Notes under the pieces: model-generated
What the model was told of the DNA's origin: nothing
What the model saw: only the letters and a program-made list of their open reading frames with translations
Database searches by the model: none
Origin: Dehalococcoidia bacterium
Lineage (GTDB): Bacteria; Chloroflexota; Dehalococcoidia; Dehalococcoidales; W498
Assembly (NCBI GenBank): GCA_011191875.1
Contig: DUFC01000033.1
Span: forward strand, 11,793 to 75,792
Reading direction: 5' to 3'
DNA: 64,000 nt
Program-made: the position numbers and the translations under genes
Part shown: positions 43,353 through 52,897 of the stretch, one piece after another
Numbering within the stretch: the first letter of the stretch is position 1
Layout: every line of letters starts with the position of its first letter

Positions 43353-43712
43353 TTGCCACGAGTGAAGAGGGGTGTAACCACACATAGGCGACACAAGAAG
43401 GTGCTAGCCCTGACCAAGGGGCATAGGGCAACCAGGCACTCGCTTTATCGTCGAGCTCATGAATCTATGCTCAAGTCGCTAAGTTATGCTTATGCTCACC
43501 GTCGGGAGCGAAAGGGTGACATGAGGCGACTGTGGATTCTGAGGGTTAATGCAGCTAGTAGAGCTCAGGGACTAACCTATAGTCAATTCATGGATGGTTT
43601 AAGAAAGTCTGGAGTTGAAATCGACCGCAAGATGCTAGCCGATATGGCAGTTAGGGAGCCTGAGTCCTTCGCTAATCTGGTAACCATAGCTAAAGGCAAA
43701 GTCCAAGACTAA
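43353..43712 (+). CDS. rplT: 50S ribosomal protein L20
   Basis: MPRVKRGVTTHRRHKKVL... sequence. TTG start. Confidence 0.95.
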   Translation: MPRVKRGVTTHRRHKKVLALTKGHRATRHSLYRRAHESMLKSLSYAYAHRRERKGDMRRLWILRVNAASRAQGLTYSQFMDGLRKSGVEIDRKMLADMAVREPESFANLVTIAKGKVQD

Positions 43713-43850
43713 ACATGAGTAATTTGAACCTCGTCCTCTTTGAGCGCTCGTAAAAACCTTCAATCTTCCCTGGGAACCCGCTTTATCGTCCCATCCTTTG
43801 AATTTGCCTTGACCCCTTTGCTGCTAATAGCCTATAATTTCAAAACGCCA

Positions 43851-44891
43851 ATGATAAAGCAACTTGAGGAAATAGAATCAAGTGCCCTACAAGAGCTAGG
43901 AAGTATTGACAATATTAAACAGTTGGAATCCTGGCAGGTTCGTTATTTGGGTAAGAAGAGCCAGCTAACCAAGATTCTGCGTAGCTTAGCTACGCTGTCT
44001 CTTGATAAGAGGAAGACTGTTGGTGCTTATGCTAATGAGGTTAAGGGCAATCTAGAAAATAGGCTAGAGCAAAAAAGGCAAGTTCTTCGGGAGGTAGAGC
44101 TAGCGGCATCGGCTAGGAGGGAAGACATTGATATTACCCTACCTGGTCGTCCCTTTCCGGTAGGTCATTTACATCCTATTACTCAAACGCTATATGAAAT
44201 ATGTGATATATTTGTCTCTATGGGCTTTCAAGTAGTTGAGGGTCCGGAAGTTGAGTGGGACTATTACAATTTTGAGGCATTAAACATACCTAAAGAACAC
44301 CCAGCTCGTGATACCATGTCAACATCCTGGATTGATTCTGGGACTGAGGGCGGTGAAAGACCTATGCTACTGCGCACTCATACTACCTCAGTTAGTGCCA
44401 GGATTATTGAGACTATGCACCCTCCAATAAGAGTAGTTGAGCCAGGCAAGGTTTATCGCTATGAGGCTAGCGATGCTACCCATACCCCTATGTTCTATCA
44501 AATTGATGGTCTGGCTGTAGATAAGGGCATTACTATGGCTGACCTGAAGGGAACACTCTACGAATTTTCTCGTCGTTTCTTTGGTGAGGATAGGAAGGTG
44601 CGTTTCCGCTGTGATTACTTCCCATTTGTCGAGCCTGGCATTGAGATGGCCATAGAATGCCTGGTTTGTAATGGAAAAGGTTGCCGCTTATGCGGCAACA
44701 GTGGCTGGATTGAAATATTGGGTGCTGGGATGACTCACCCCCAGGTGTTGCAATGCGGCGGCATTGACCCAGAGGTCTACCAGAGTTTTGCCTTCGGTAT
44801 AGGTATTGAACGCCTGCCTATGCTTCGCTATGGGATTGATGATATCAGGCTATTCTATGGTAGCGACCTTAGATTCTTAAGGCAGTTCTGA
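43851..44891 (+). CDS. pheS: phenylalanine--tRNA ligase alpha subunit
   Basis: Class II motifs ([26 protein letters not shown]). ATG 43851 ([10 protein letters not shown]) gives a typical length of about 346 aa. Confidence 0.95.
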   Translation: MIKQLEEIESSALQELGSIDNIKQLESWQVRYLGKKSQLTKILRSLATLSLDKRKTVGAYANEVKGNLENRLEQKRQVLREVELAASARREDIDITLPGRPFPVGHLHPITQTLYEICDIFVSMGFQVVEGPEVEWDYYNFEALNIPKEHPARDTMSTSWIDSGTEGGERPMLLRTHTTSVSARIIETMHPPIRVVEPGKVYRYEASDATHTPMFYQIDGLAVDKGITMADLKGTLYEFSRRFFGEDRKVRFRCDYFPFVEPGIEMAIECLVCNGKGCRLCGNSGWIEILGAGMTHPQVLQCGGIDPEVYQSFAFGIGIERLPMLRYGIDDIRLFYGSDLRFLRQF

Positions 44892-44895
44892 CAAG

Positions 44896-47295
44896 ATGAA
44901 GATTCCGCTTAAGTGGCTCCAGGAATATATTGGGATTACCCTAACCCCGGCTGATTTAGCCAACAGACTGACTATGGCTGGCACCGAGGTCAAGGGGATG
45001 CAGGATATTGGTGGTAGTTGGGCAAATATCGTTGTCGGTCAAATAACGGCTATTAATCCTCATCCTAATGCCGACCGCCTTAGTTTGGCGACTGTAGATT
45101 TAGGCACAGAGCAGCAGACTGTTGTTACCGGGGCACCGAATCTTAAAGTTGGTGACAAGGTAGCCTTTGCCTATGTCAGGGCTCAACTTGTAGATGGGCA
45201 TAGTGGGCGACTATTTCGCTTGAAGTCAGCTAAGATTCGTGGTGTTGTATCTAATGGTATGGTCTGCTCGGAGAAGGAGTTGGGTATCTCTGATAACCAT
45301 GAAGAAATTATAGTTTTACCAATGGGGGTAGAGGTAGGCGCATCAATAGCTGATTATCTAGGTGATGTTATTCTTGACTTAGATATTACACCTAATCGCC
45401 CCGATTGCCTGTCTGTAATTGGAATAGCTAAAGAGGTCACTGCTCTGACTGGACAAGGTTTAGATCTGCCTGAGGTAAGCTATGAAGAATCGATATCCCC
45501 TATAGACCAGCAAATATCAGTAGAAATTGCTGCTCCTGACCTATGTCCCAGATACTGCGCTAGCCTAATCACCGGGGTAAAAATAGCTGAATCTCCAAAA
45601 TGGATGCAACAGCGGCTTTTAGCTTGTGGCATGCGTCCGATAAGTAATATTGTAGATATTACCAACTATGTTATGCTGGAATATGGGCAACCCCTGCACG
45701 CTTTTGATTATCACCAAATTAGAGGTAAAAGAATCATTGTTCGGCGGGCTACTGATGGTGAAGCCATAGTTACTCTGGATGGAATAGAGCGAACTCTCTC
45801 TGAGTATATGCTGGTTATTGCTGATGAGGAAGGAGCCGTGGCTATCGCTGGCGTCATGGGTGGTGCTGGTAGTGAGGTGGGGGAAGAGACTACCTCAATA
45901 CTGCTGGAATCAGCTAATTTCAATCCAGCCAGCATTCATTATACCGGTAGAACCTTGCGTTTACCTAGTGAGGCCTGTATGCGATTTGAGAGGGGGATTC
46001 GCCCTGAACTTACTTTACCGGCCCTCAAACATGCTACTCAGTTGATAATCCAGATAGCTGGTGGTCAAGCAGCTAGGGGGTTGGCAGACGAGTATCCCGG
46101 CAAGCTAGAGCAGAAGCCCATTTTACTATCAACTAGCCAGGTAGAGCGGCTTTTAGGTATTGAGTTTAGTCTTGACCAGATAGTAAGCGTGCTGACTTCC
46201 CTGGGCTTTGACTGTAAGATAAGAGAATCAGAAGTTTGGGCTACCCCTCCTTATTGGCGGAGCGATATACATCAGGCGGTTGACCTTATAGAAGAGGTAG
46301 CCCGTATTATCGGCTATGATAAAATTCCGACTACTATGCTTAGCCAGCCACTGCCTAGACCAGACCCTGACTCTATCATTAGGCTTAAGCAGAAAACGAG
46401 GTGCAGCCTCGTCGGCTATGGCTTCCAGGAAGTGATTACCTATTCATTAACCAGTCTAGAAATGCTGAATAGGCTGTTACCTGAACCTCATCCCCTTGAA
46501 CCTATGCCTCTACGTGTGGCTAATCCCATGACCGCTGACCAGGAGTATCTTCGCCCAAACCTGCGAGCTAACCTTTTAGCTGCCCTTTGTGCCAATCGGA
46601 GACACGAAGACGGTGGTATCAAGCTTTTTGAGCTGGGTAGAATATATCTACCTCGGCAGAAGGACTTACCTGAGGAGCCAGAGATGCTGTGTGGTATACT
46701 AAGCGGCGACAGACTTGAAAAGTCGTGGCAGGGTGGGGACGAATTACTTACTTTCTTTGATGCTAAGGGGGTGATGGAAGGCTTACTCAACCGGTTAGGA
46801 GTGGAAGCTAGCTTTGAACAAGGCTCAGAGGAAAGTCTGCACCCAAATAAACAGGCAGCTTTAGTCATAGCTGGTAATAGACTGGGTGTTGTTGGTGAGC
46901 TACACCCTAAAGTATCACAGGCTTTTGAAATTGGTGAGACTGTCTGCCTGTTTGAGATTAATCTGACAGCCCTTCTATCCTTAACTATTGGTCATAAGAT
47001 TTTCCAGCCAATACCAAAGTTCCCGTCTATAGTTAGAGATTTGGCTATAGTAGTTGATGCCGAAATAACCCATCAAGAAGTGCAGAATATTATTAAGGGC
47101 TACCCATTAGTAGTTCAGGTTGCTTTATTTGATGTCTATTCTGGTGAGCAGGTGCCACCGGGTAAGAAATCCCTCGCCTATAGAATTACCTTCCAATCCC
47201 CAACCCACACCCTGACTGATGAAGAGGTTAACCGGGTTCAACAGCAAATCCTGAGTAAGCTAACTAGTGAGTTTAGCGCTACCCTGCGCGGTTGA
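44896..47295 (+). CDS. pheT: phenylalanine--tRNA ligase beta subunit
   Basis: [12 protein letters not shown]-terminus with tRNA-binding, B3/4, B5 and FDX-ACB domains by sequence pattern. Confidence 0.95.
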   Translation: MKIPLKWLQEYIGITLTPADLANRLTMAGTEVKGMQDIGGSWANIVVGQITAINPHPNADRLSLATVDLGTEQQTVVTGAPNLKVGDKVAFAYVRAQLVDGHSGRLFRLKSAKIRGVVSNGMVCSEKELGISDNHEEIIVLPMGVEVGASIADYLGDVILDLDITPNRPDCLSVIGIAKEVTALTGQGLDLPEVSYEESISPIDQQISVEIAAPDLCPRYCASLITGVKIAESPKWMQQRLLACGMRPISNIVDITNYVMLEYGQPLHAFDYHQIRGKRIIVRRATDGEAIVTLDGIERTLSEYMLVIADEEGAVAIAGVMGGAGSEVGEETTSILLESANFNPASIHYTGRTLRLPSEACMRFERGIRPELTLPALKHATQLIIQIAGGQAARGLADEYPGKLEQKPILLSTSQVERLLGIEFSLDQIVSVLTSLGFDCKIRESEVWATPPYWRSDIHQAVDLIEEVARIIGYDKIPTTMLSQPLPRPDPDSIIRLKQKTRCSLVGYGFQEVITYSLTSLEMLNRLLPEPHPLEPMPLRVANPMTADQEYLRPNLRANLLAALCANRRHEDGGIKLFELGRIYLPRQKDLPEEPEMLCGILSGDRLEKSWQGGDELLTFFDAKGVMEGLLNRLGVEASFEQGSEESLHPNKQAALVIAGNRLGVVGELHPKVSQAFEIGETVCLFEINLTALLSLTIGHKIFQPIPKFPSIVRDLAIVVDAEITHQEVQNIIKGYPLVVQVALFDVYSGEQVPPGKKSLAYRITFQSPTHTLTDEEVNRVQQQILSKLTSEFSATLRG

Positions 47296-47310
47296 TACTT
47301 GGTAAGTTGG

Positions 47311-47339
47311 AAGGGGTGAAGCCCCTCTTTCAAAAATTC
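47311..47339 (+). repeat. hairpin repeat AAGGGG-TGAAGCCCCTCTTT...AATTC (copy 1), possible pheT terminator
   Basis: Near-identical motif at 51789-51815 (AAGGGAGGCGAAGCCTCTCTTTAATTC). Short GC stem followed by CTTTC. Confidence 0.5.
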
Positions 47340-47415
47340 CAAGCTCTAAACCCTAAATCCTAAACTTTAGGAATTTGAATTTGTTCTTGAAATAAGAAAG
47401 CCTCTGCTATATTGT

Positions 47416-47494
47416 GTCATTCTGAGTAAAGTGAAGAATCTCTACATCTCTAGGTGACGGAGATTCTTCAGTCGCTTCGCTCCCTCAGAAGGAC
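47416..47494. repeat. imperfect palindromic element (GTCATTCTGAG...GAAGAATCTC / GAGATTCTTC...CTCAGAAGGAC)
   Basis: Both arms share the 11-nt outer block GTC[A/C]TTCTGAG and the exact 11-nt inner block TGAAGAATCTC. The right arm carries about 8 extra nt. Located in the convergent pheT/proS spacer. Confidence 0.7.
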
Positions 47495-47616
47495 AACCTG
47501 TTTTTATGATTCTTTGGTGGGCAACCGCCTAGAAGAGTTTGTTTAGAGTTTAGTCCTTCTTTGAGGGATAGTATTTAGGATTTCGTAGAAGTTATGGGGG
47601 GGGGTGAGGTAAATAG

Positions 47617-49314
47617 TCAATCTTTAATAAGCTCCTCAAGTCTGGTTGCTATCCCCTCTATCGGCACAAGCTCGGATTCTTTTTCCGAGCGCCTTTTTAC
47701 CTCTATACTATTAGTCTCCATGGTTCGGGGGCTAATGATAACCCGGATAGGTATCCCTAGGAGGTCAGCATCATTGAATTTAACTCCAGGGGATTCCTTG
47801 CGGTCGTCATAAAGAACCTGTAAACCTTGAGATTCCAAATCAGCGTAGAGATTTTCAGCAGTAGTCGCTACCTGAGGACTTTCCATATATAACGGGCAAA
47901 GGTAGATAGGATACGGGGCGATAGCTAATGGCCAGATAATGCCTTTATCATCGTGGTTCTGTTCTATCACTGCTGCCAGCAACCTGCCGAGACCTATACC
48001 ATAGGAGCCCATGACAATTGGGCGAGATACGCCATTGGGGTCAATAAAAAATGCTCCTAACTTCTGGCTGATAAAAGTGCCAAGTTTGAATATATGCCCC
48101 ACCTCAATCCCACGGGTAGATGATAATTTGTCGCCACACTTAGGGCATTCTTCTCCGGCACGAGCTCGGGCTATGTCAGCTAAGAGATTAACCTTAAAAT
48201 CTCTGGGGTAATTGACATTTCTGAAGTGAGTATCTGGTTTATTGGCGCCAGCAATAAAGTTTGCCCCTGAGGTTATGGATTCATCAGCAACGACGTTTAT
48301 ACCCATCATACCTATCGGAGACGCTGAGCCAGCTACTATACCGGCGTCTATCACCTCTGCTTCGCTAGCTAGGCGAAGTTCAGAACAGTGCAGAACATTT
48401 TTTAACTTTACCTCGTTTACTTCAATGTCGCCTCTAATAACCACAAAGACTAGCTTGCCATCAGCAACATAGAATACTGCTTTAAGGGTGTGGTTCTGAT
48501 GCACCTTTAAAAAATTTGATACTTGTTCAATAGTGGCAGCCCCTGGTGTGGCAACCTCTTCCAGAGGTAATGGCTCCTGGTCTTCTGTTTTGCTTTTGAT
48601 ACTTTGAGCTTTATCGGCATTAGCTGTATATTGGCAATTGGGACAATTTATTATTTCATCCTCACCGCTTTCAGTGATAACCATAAACTCGTGGGAATCC
48701 TTGCCACCAATGGCACCACTATCGGCTTCAACCAAGAGAGCAGGCAGTCCACAGCGAGCATAGATATTCTGATATGCCTGGAGCATTTTATTATAGCTTT
48801 GGTTTAGTCCGTCTTTGTCGGTGTCAAAGCTATAGAGGTCCTTCATAGTAAACTCACGAACCCTAATCAACCCGGCTCTGGGGCGGGGCTCATCACGGAA
48901 CTTGGTCTGGATTTGATACAGAAGTAGAGGCAGGTCACGGTAGCTCTGTACATTATGGCTGACCAGTTCAGCCATGACTTCTTCATGGGTTGGTCCTAGG
49001 GCTAACTTACGGTCTCTGCGGTCGGAGAGGATAAACAGTCCTTTGCCAAAAGCCAGGTCTCGTCCTGTTTCCTGCCATAATTCCAGAGGCTGGAGAGCCG
49101 GCATCATTAACTCCTGTCCGCCGACTTTGTCCATCTCATCGCGGATTATATTTTCTATTTTTTTAAACACTCTCCAGGCTAAAGGCAAATAGGAATAAAC
49201 ACCAGCCGCTACCTGATGTATCATCCCGGCTTTCAGTAGTAGCTGGTGGCTAATAGTGTCAGCCTCGGCGGGTATCTCACGTTGTGTCTTTCCAAAAAGC
49301 TTTGATATACGCAC
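47617..49314 (-). CDS. proS: proline--tRNA ligase (bacterial type with INS editing domain)
   Basis: Class II motifs, 565 aa, typical N-terminus MRISKLFGKTQRE. Confidence 0.95.
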   Translation of the reverse strand: MRISKLFGKTQREIPAEADTISHQLLLKAGMIHQVAAGVYSYLPLAWRVFKKIENIIRDEMDKVGGQELMMPALQPLELWQETGRDLAFGKGLFILSDRRDRKLALGPTHEEVMAELVSHNVQSYRDLPLLLYQIQTKFRDEPRPRAGLIRVREFTMKDLYSFDTDKDGLNQSYNKMLQAYQNIYARCGLPALLVEADSGAIGGKDSHEFMVITESGEDEIINCPNCQYTANADKAQSIKSKTEDQEPLPLEEVATPGAATIEQVSNFLKVHQNHTLKAVFYVADGKLVFVVIRGDIEVNEVKLKNVLHCSELRLASEAEVIDAGIVAGSASPIGMMGINVVADESITSGANFIAGANKPDTHFRNVNYPRDFKVNLLADIARARAGEECPKCGDKLSSTRGIEVGHIFKLGTFISQKLGAFFIDPNGVSRPIVMGSYGIGLGRLLAAVIEQNHDDKGIIWPLAIAPYPIYLCPLYMESPQVATTAENLYADLESQGLQVLYDDRKESPGVKFNDADLLGIPIRVIISPRTMETNSIEVKRRSEKESELVPIEGIATRLEELIKD

Positions 49315-49344
49315 TTTCTTTCTCTTAATCGGGAGTTGCTGAAT

Positions 49345-49743
49345 TTACCAATTCTTAATGAGTTTACCTTCCTTATCTTTCATATTTCCTGGAACGGCAA
49401 ATATAAAATCAATTAGGGTCCAGATTCCTAGTCCACCTAGAGTAAGAAGCATCGCAATTCCGGTTCCAATCTTACCTAAGTAAAATCGATGAATACCAGC
49501 TATTCCGACAATCCAGGCGGGAAGAATGCAAAGAAAAGTAGTGGCAAGTCTTGATTTTGGTGAAATGTCCACTACCTCTGCTTTAACCAGCCGTGCCCCG
49601 CATTTAATACATATTTCAGCTAGGGGGTTTGTCTCAGCACCACATGCCTGGCAAAAGCTATTCCCGGCTAAAGGCTTGGCTCCACAGCCCATGCAAATTT
49701 CCGGTGTTCCTACTAGCTCTTTGCCGCAGTTTCTACAAAACAT
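49345..49743 (-). CDS. double zinc-ribbon / TM2-domain membrane protein
   Basis: CRNCG...CMGCG...CQACG...CIKCG, followed by a TM2-like GIHRFYLGK...GIWTLIDF. Confidence 0.75.
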   Translation of the reverse strand: MFCRNCGKELVGTPEICMGCGAKPLAGNSFCQACGAETNPLAEICIKCGARLVKAEVVDISPKSRLATTFLCILPAWIVGIAGIHRFYLGKIGTGIAMLLTLGGLGIWTLIDFIFAVPGNMKDKEGKLIKNW

Positions 49744-49830
49744 TTCAGTCTCCTTGTTTAGTGTATTTTAGGAGGTTTAAATTATAATAACATCCTATTA
49801 ATCCACTTAACTTTATCAGGAAGCTTAAAA

Positions 49831-49875
49831 ACTCTAAACATTAAATCATATTGAACAGGTTTGTTCCATTAGCTC
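49831..49875. repeat. 45-bp dispersed repeat, copy 1 (AACTCTAAACATTAAATCATATTGAACAGGTTTGTTC...)
   Basis: About 80% identical by eye to 50552-50596, in the same orientation. It lies about 88 nt upstream of the 49743 start on the minus strand. Confidence 0.7.
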
Positions 49876-49956
49876 AAATTTTATATTGTTTATCAACCTA
49901 ACCTACTCAAGTCCCCCGATAAGCAACCGGCTACGGTGGCGAATATACTGGATTTG

Positions 49957-50508
49957 CTAGTCTTGGTTGACCTCTTTGGGTTGCCAGTTATCAGCAGCCA
50001 CAGCGACTGCAGCCTCATTGAGTAATTTCTGTACGGTATTACCGTTTAGCCCGAGGCGGTCTATGAATTTATTTCCCTCGGTCCTTGCTATATTTCGGGA
50101 CTTTTGAAATTGTGAAGCCAGTTTCAGCACCTGTCTAGCCGGTGGTTCTATGTCACTAGCTATCGCCTCTATCGCGGCGGATAGTGCACTGACCCAGGCT
50201 GAGTAATCCAAATACGCCAACTGCCATGCAGAATATGCTGCGGAGGCTGCATCCGGTATAGGTTCTATTCTATATCTACGGTTAACAATTTCACCTGCTG
50301 CCTGCGCCAGTCGGTTGGCAGCCCGACATCTTTCTTTGGGAGCAAGGTTGTCTGTGAGGGGTGCGTCAATATATTTTGCTGATGCATTTTTATAGAGGGT
50401 TGCCTCTTTGTCTTGGAAAGCAGCTAGTTTCAACTCTTCTTGCAAGTAGTCCAAGCATTTCTGAAGTTCATCACCCTCAATTCTTGGTTCACCAGAAGCA
50501 GACTCCAT
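49957..50508 (-). CDS. hypothetical protein
   Basis: 183-aa Ala-rich helical ORF behind GAAGGAGG. No family recognised. Confidence 0.6.
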   Translation of the reverse strand: MESASGEPRIEGDELQKCLDYLQEELKLAAFQDKEATLYKNASAKYIDAPLTDNLAPKERCRAANRLAQAAGEIVNRRYRIEPIPDAASAAYSAWQLAYLDYSAWVSALSAAIEAIASDIEPPARQVLKLASQFQKSRNIARTEGNKFIDRLGLNGNTVQKLLNEAAVAVAADNWQPKEVNQD

Positions 50509-50551
50509 TTCTATTTTCCTCCTTCATTGCTCAGACTACGGACAGATCAAG

Positions 50552-50596
50552 AACTCTAAACATTAAACCACACTGGACAGGTTTATTCTAGTAGTT
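50552..50596. repeat. 45-bp dispersed repeat, copy 2 (AACTCTAAACATTAAACCACACTGGACAGGTTTATTC...)
   Basis: See copy 1. It lies about 44 nt upstream of the 50508 start on the minus strand. Confidence 0.7.
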
Positions 50597-50640
50597 AGAT
50601 TTATCTACCTCACCCCCCGTATTCTCCTTCCCCTTGATAA

Positions 50641-51693
50641 TTAGTCAGTCATAGCCTCTATCTCACTCATCAAAGCTGCTATCAAATCTTTTTCCTGGAT
50701 GGTTCTAATCTTTTTACCTCTTTTGAAGAGGACGGCTTTGCCCCTCCCGCAGGCGATACCAATATCGGCATCCTTGGCTTCGCCGGGTCCGTTGACCACA
50801 CAGCCCATCACGGCTACCTTTATCGGCTTGTTAATCATTAATAGCTCTTCTTCTACCGCTTCGGCTAATTTTGCAATGTCAACCTCAGCCCGCCCACAGG
50901 AGGGGCAGCTGATTAATATCGGACCGTGCTGGCGCAGGTTCAGGCTCTTTAGGATTTCATAACCAGTAATAACCTCTTCTCTGGGGTGAGCGGTTAATGA
51001 AACCCTTATGGTATCACCAATGCCTTGGTAGAGAAGGGTGCTGATGCCTACAGCACTGCGGATAATGCCCCTTTTTGGTGTGCCGGCTTCAGTAATACCG
51101 ATGTGTAAGGGGTAGGGTATTCTTTGGGCAATATCCTGATAGGCGTCAATAGTAGTCGGAACATCAAACGCCTTGAGAGAGACCTTAATCAGGTCAAAGC
51201 CAAGGTTTTCCAGTAGTTGTATCTGCTCTAAGGCAGCCTCTACCATTTGTTGGGCGATGGTTAATTGCGGATTGGCTGTTTTAAGTAGACTGCCAGCGTT
51301 TACTCCGATACGAATAGGGACATTTCTTTCCTTAGCAGCACGAGCCACAGCCGAAACCTTCTCCGGTTCGCTGATATTGCCGGGATTTAGCCGCAGCCCA
51401 TCGCAACCAGCCTCCAGCGCTATTAAAGCAAGACGGTAATTAAAGTGAATATCGGCAATTATGGGTATGGAAATGCCCCTTTTTATGGCTGATATAGCCT
51501 GGGCGGCTTCGGCATCAGGCACAGCTACTCGCACTAGTTCACAGCCATAGTCCTCGAGCTCCTTGATTTGGTGGATAGTTGACATAACATCACGAGTATC
51601 GGTTTTGGTCATGGATTGCACCACGATAGGGGCATCACCACCAATGGTTACATTACCAATTTGAATGGGTTTACTTGTTCTTCGCGGATTCAT
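50641..51693 (-). CDS. ispG: 4-hydroxy-3-methylbut-2-en-1-yl diphosphate synthase
   Basis: GcpE sequence (VVQSMTKTDT, ISCPSCGR, MGCVVNGPGE). Confidence 0.95.
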   Translation of the reverse strand: MNPRRTSKPIQIGNVTIGGDAPIVVQSMTKTDTRDVMSTIHQIKELEDYGCELVRVAVPDAEAAQAISAIKRGISIPIIADIHFNYRLALIALEAGCDGLRLNPGNISEPEKVSAVARAAKERNVPIRIGVNAGSLLKTANPQLTIAQQMVEAALEQIQLLENLGFDLIKVSLKAFDVPTTIDAYQDIAQRIPYPLHIGITEAGTPKRGIIRSAVGISTLLYQGIGDTIRVSLTAHPREEVITGYEILKSLNLRQHGPILISCPSCGRAEVDIAKLAEAVEEELLMINKPIKVAVMGCVVNGPGEAKDADIGIACGRGKAVLFKRGKKIRTIQEKDLIAALMSEIEAMTD

Positions 51694-51788
51694 AGGATTA
51701 TTTTATCACCTCACCACTTTACATATTTGTTAGCAACCTAACAGCATTTATACTTCTCCCTTACCGGGGAATGGGGCATTAGTTATAT

Positions 51789-51815
51789 AAGGGAGGCGAA
51801 GCCTCTCTTTAATTC
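51789..51815 (+). repeat. hairpin repeat, copy 2 (AAGGGAGGCGAAGCCTCTCTTTAATTC)
   Basis: Matches 47311-47339. Located in the rseP-ispG spacer. Confidence 0.5.
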
Positions 51816-51832
51816 TACATTACTAAAAAGAT

Positions 51833-52897
51833 TCACGGTATTAAGCCCTCTCCACTTATAATACGTATAATATCCTGATAGGTGATTGCCAAAATTGCTG
51901 CCATTAGTAAAATAAAGCCAATAGCATGTATCAAACCTTCCGTCTTGGGTGAAATGCGCTTACCCCGGCGGACCCACTCCAAGAGGACAAACATGATTCT
52001 GCCCCCATCTAGGGCAGGGAGAGGGAAAATATTGATTATAGCTAGGTTTATACTAAAAAAGGCAGCAAATTGTAATAATGGACTAATTCCAGCCTTAGCC
52101 ACCTCTCCGGTGATTTGAGCGATACCTACTGGACCTGTTAGCTCCACTGGTATTGCCCCAATAATCATACTGATTATCCCGTTCTTAAATAAAACAAAAG
52201 TTTCTATGCATTCCTTTACTCCCATGGGTATTGCTTCCCAGAAGGGATAATGTTGGATAACAATGGTTGGATTTGACATACTGGATAAAATACCAATTGC
52301 CCCTTGACCTTCTGGAGGCTTCCATCTAGGTATTACTTGAATCTCCTCATTGGTAGAATCACTGTGTTTGACAAGGATAGTAATCTCATTACCTAGGTTA
52401 AGCTGGATATAGCGGCTCAGGTCTATGATATTATTTACTGTTCTTCCATTTATACTGATAATTATATCTCCGGATTCAATGCCAGCCATGGCGGCTGGTG
52501 AGTTTGGAGCTACCTCTTCCACGAATACCTCATCGATTACCACATTATGAGGAATCATAAAAGCAATTGAGAATAGAAGGAGGGGCAGTAGGGCATTCAT
52601 TAACGAGCCAGCACTAAGAACCAACAACCGGGTGCCGATGCTCTTACTGGCTAAACTTCCTGGCACCTTGGGGTCTTCTTCACCAGCCATTTTAACAAAT
52701 CCACCCAGGGGTATCGCATTTAGTGAGTATAGTGTTTCACCTCGCCTTACCGATAATATGCGAGGGGGAAAACCCAAGCCAAATTCATCCACCCTCACCC
52801 CGCAAGCTTTAGCCGTAATGAAGTGTCCAAGCTCATGAGCGAGGATAAGCACTACTATGATACCGAGGAAGGCTACTATGGAAATCAGTATTGTCAT
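51833..52897 (-). CDS. rseP: RIP metalloprotease RseP (M50 site-2 protease)
   Basis: HELGHF zinc motif, PDZ region, multiple TM helices. Confidence 0.9.
   Translation of the reverse strand: MTILISIVAFLGIIVVLILAHELGHFITAKACGVRVDEFGLGFPPRILSVRRGETLYSLNAIPLGGFVKMAGEEDPKVPGSLASKSIGTRLLVLSAGSLMNALLPLLLFSIAFMIPHNVVIDEVFVEEVAPNSPAAMAGIESGDIIISINGRTVNNIIDLSRYIQLNLGNEITILVKHSDSTNEEIQVIPRWKPPEGQGAIGILSSMSNPTIVIQHYPFWEAIPMGVKECIETFVLFKNGIISMIIGAIPVELTGPVGIAQITGEVAKAGISPLLQFAAFFSINLAIINIFPLPALDGGRIMFVLLEWVRRGKRISPKTEGLIHAIGFILLMAAILAITYQDIIRIISGEGLIP

Noticed and set aside
43740-43850. N-terminal extensions proposed by the ORF track for pheS (43740), frr (56297), tsf (57619), the DUF5320-like gene (37317), serC (7435), ribBA (3501) and the radical SAM gene (16886).
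   Set aside because: The extensions overlap upstream genes or SD sequences and add non-conserved residues. Internal ATG or TTG codons with proper SD spacing give family-typical N-termini and lengths.
47344-47365. Telomere-like CCCTAAA / TCCTAAA heptamers (also at 917-934).
   Set aside because: Only two or three imperfect units occur per site, inside ordinary intergenic spacers of a bacterial chromosome. They are better explained as part of the dispersed intergenic repeat family.
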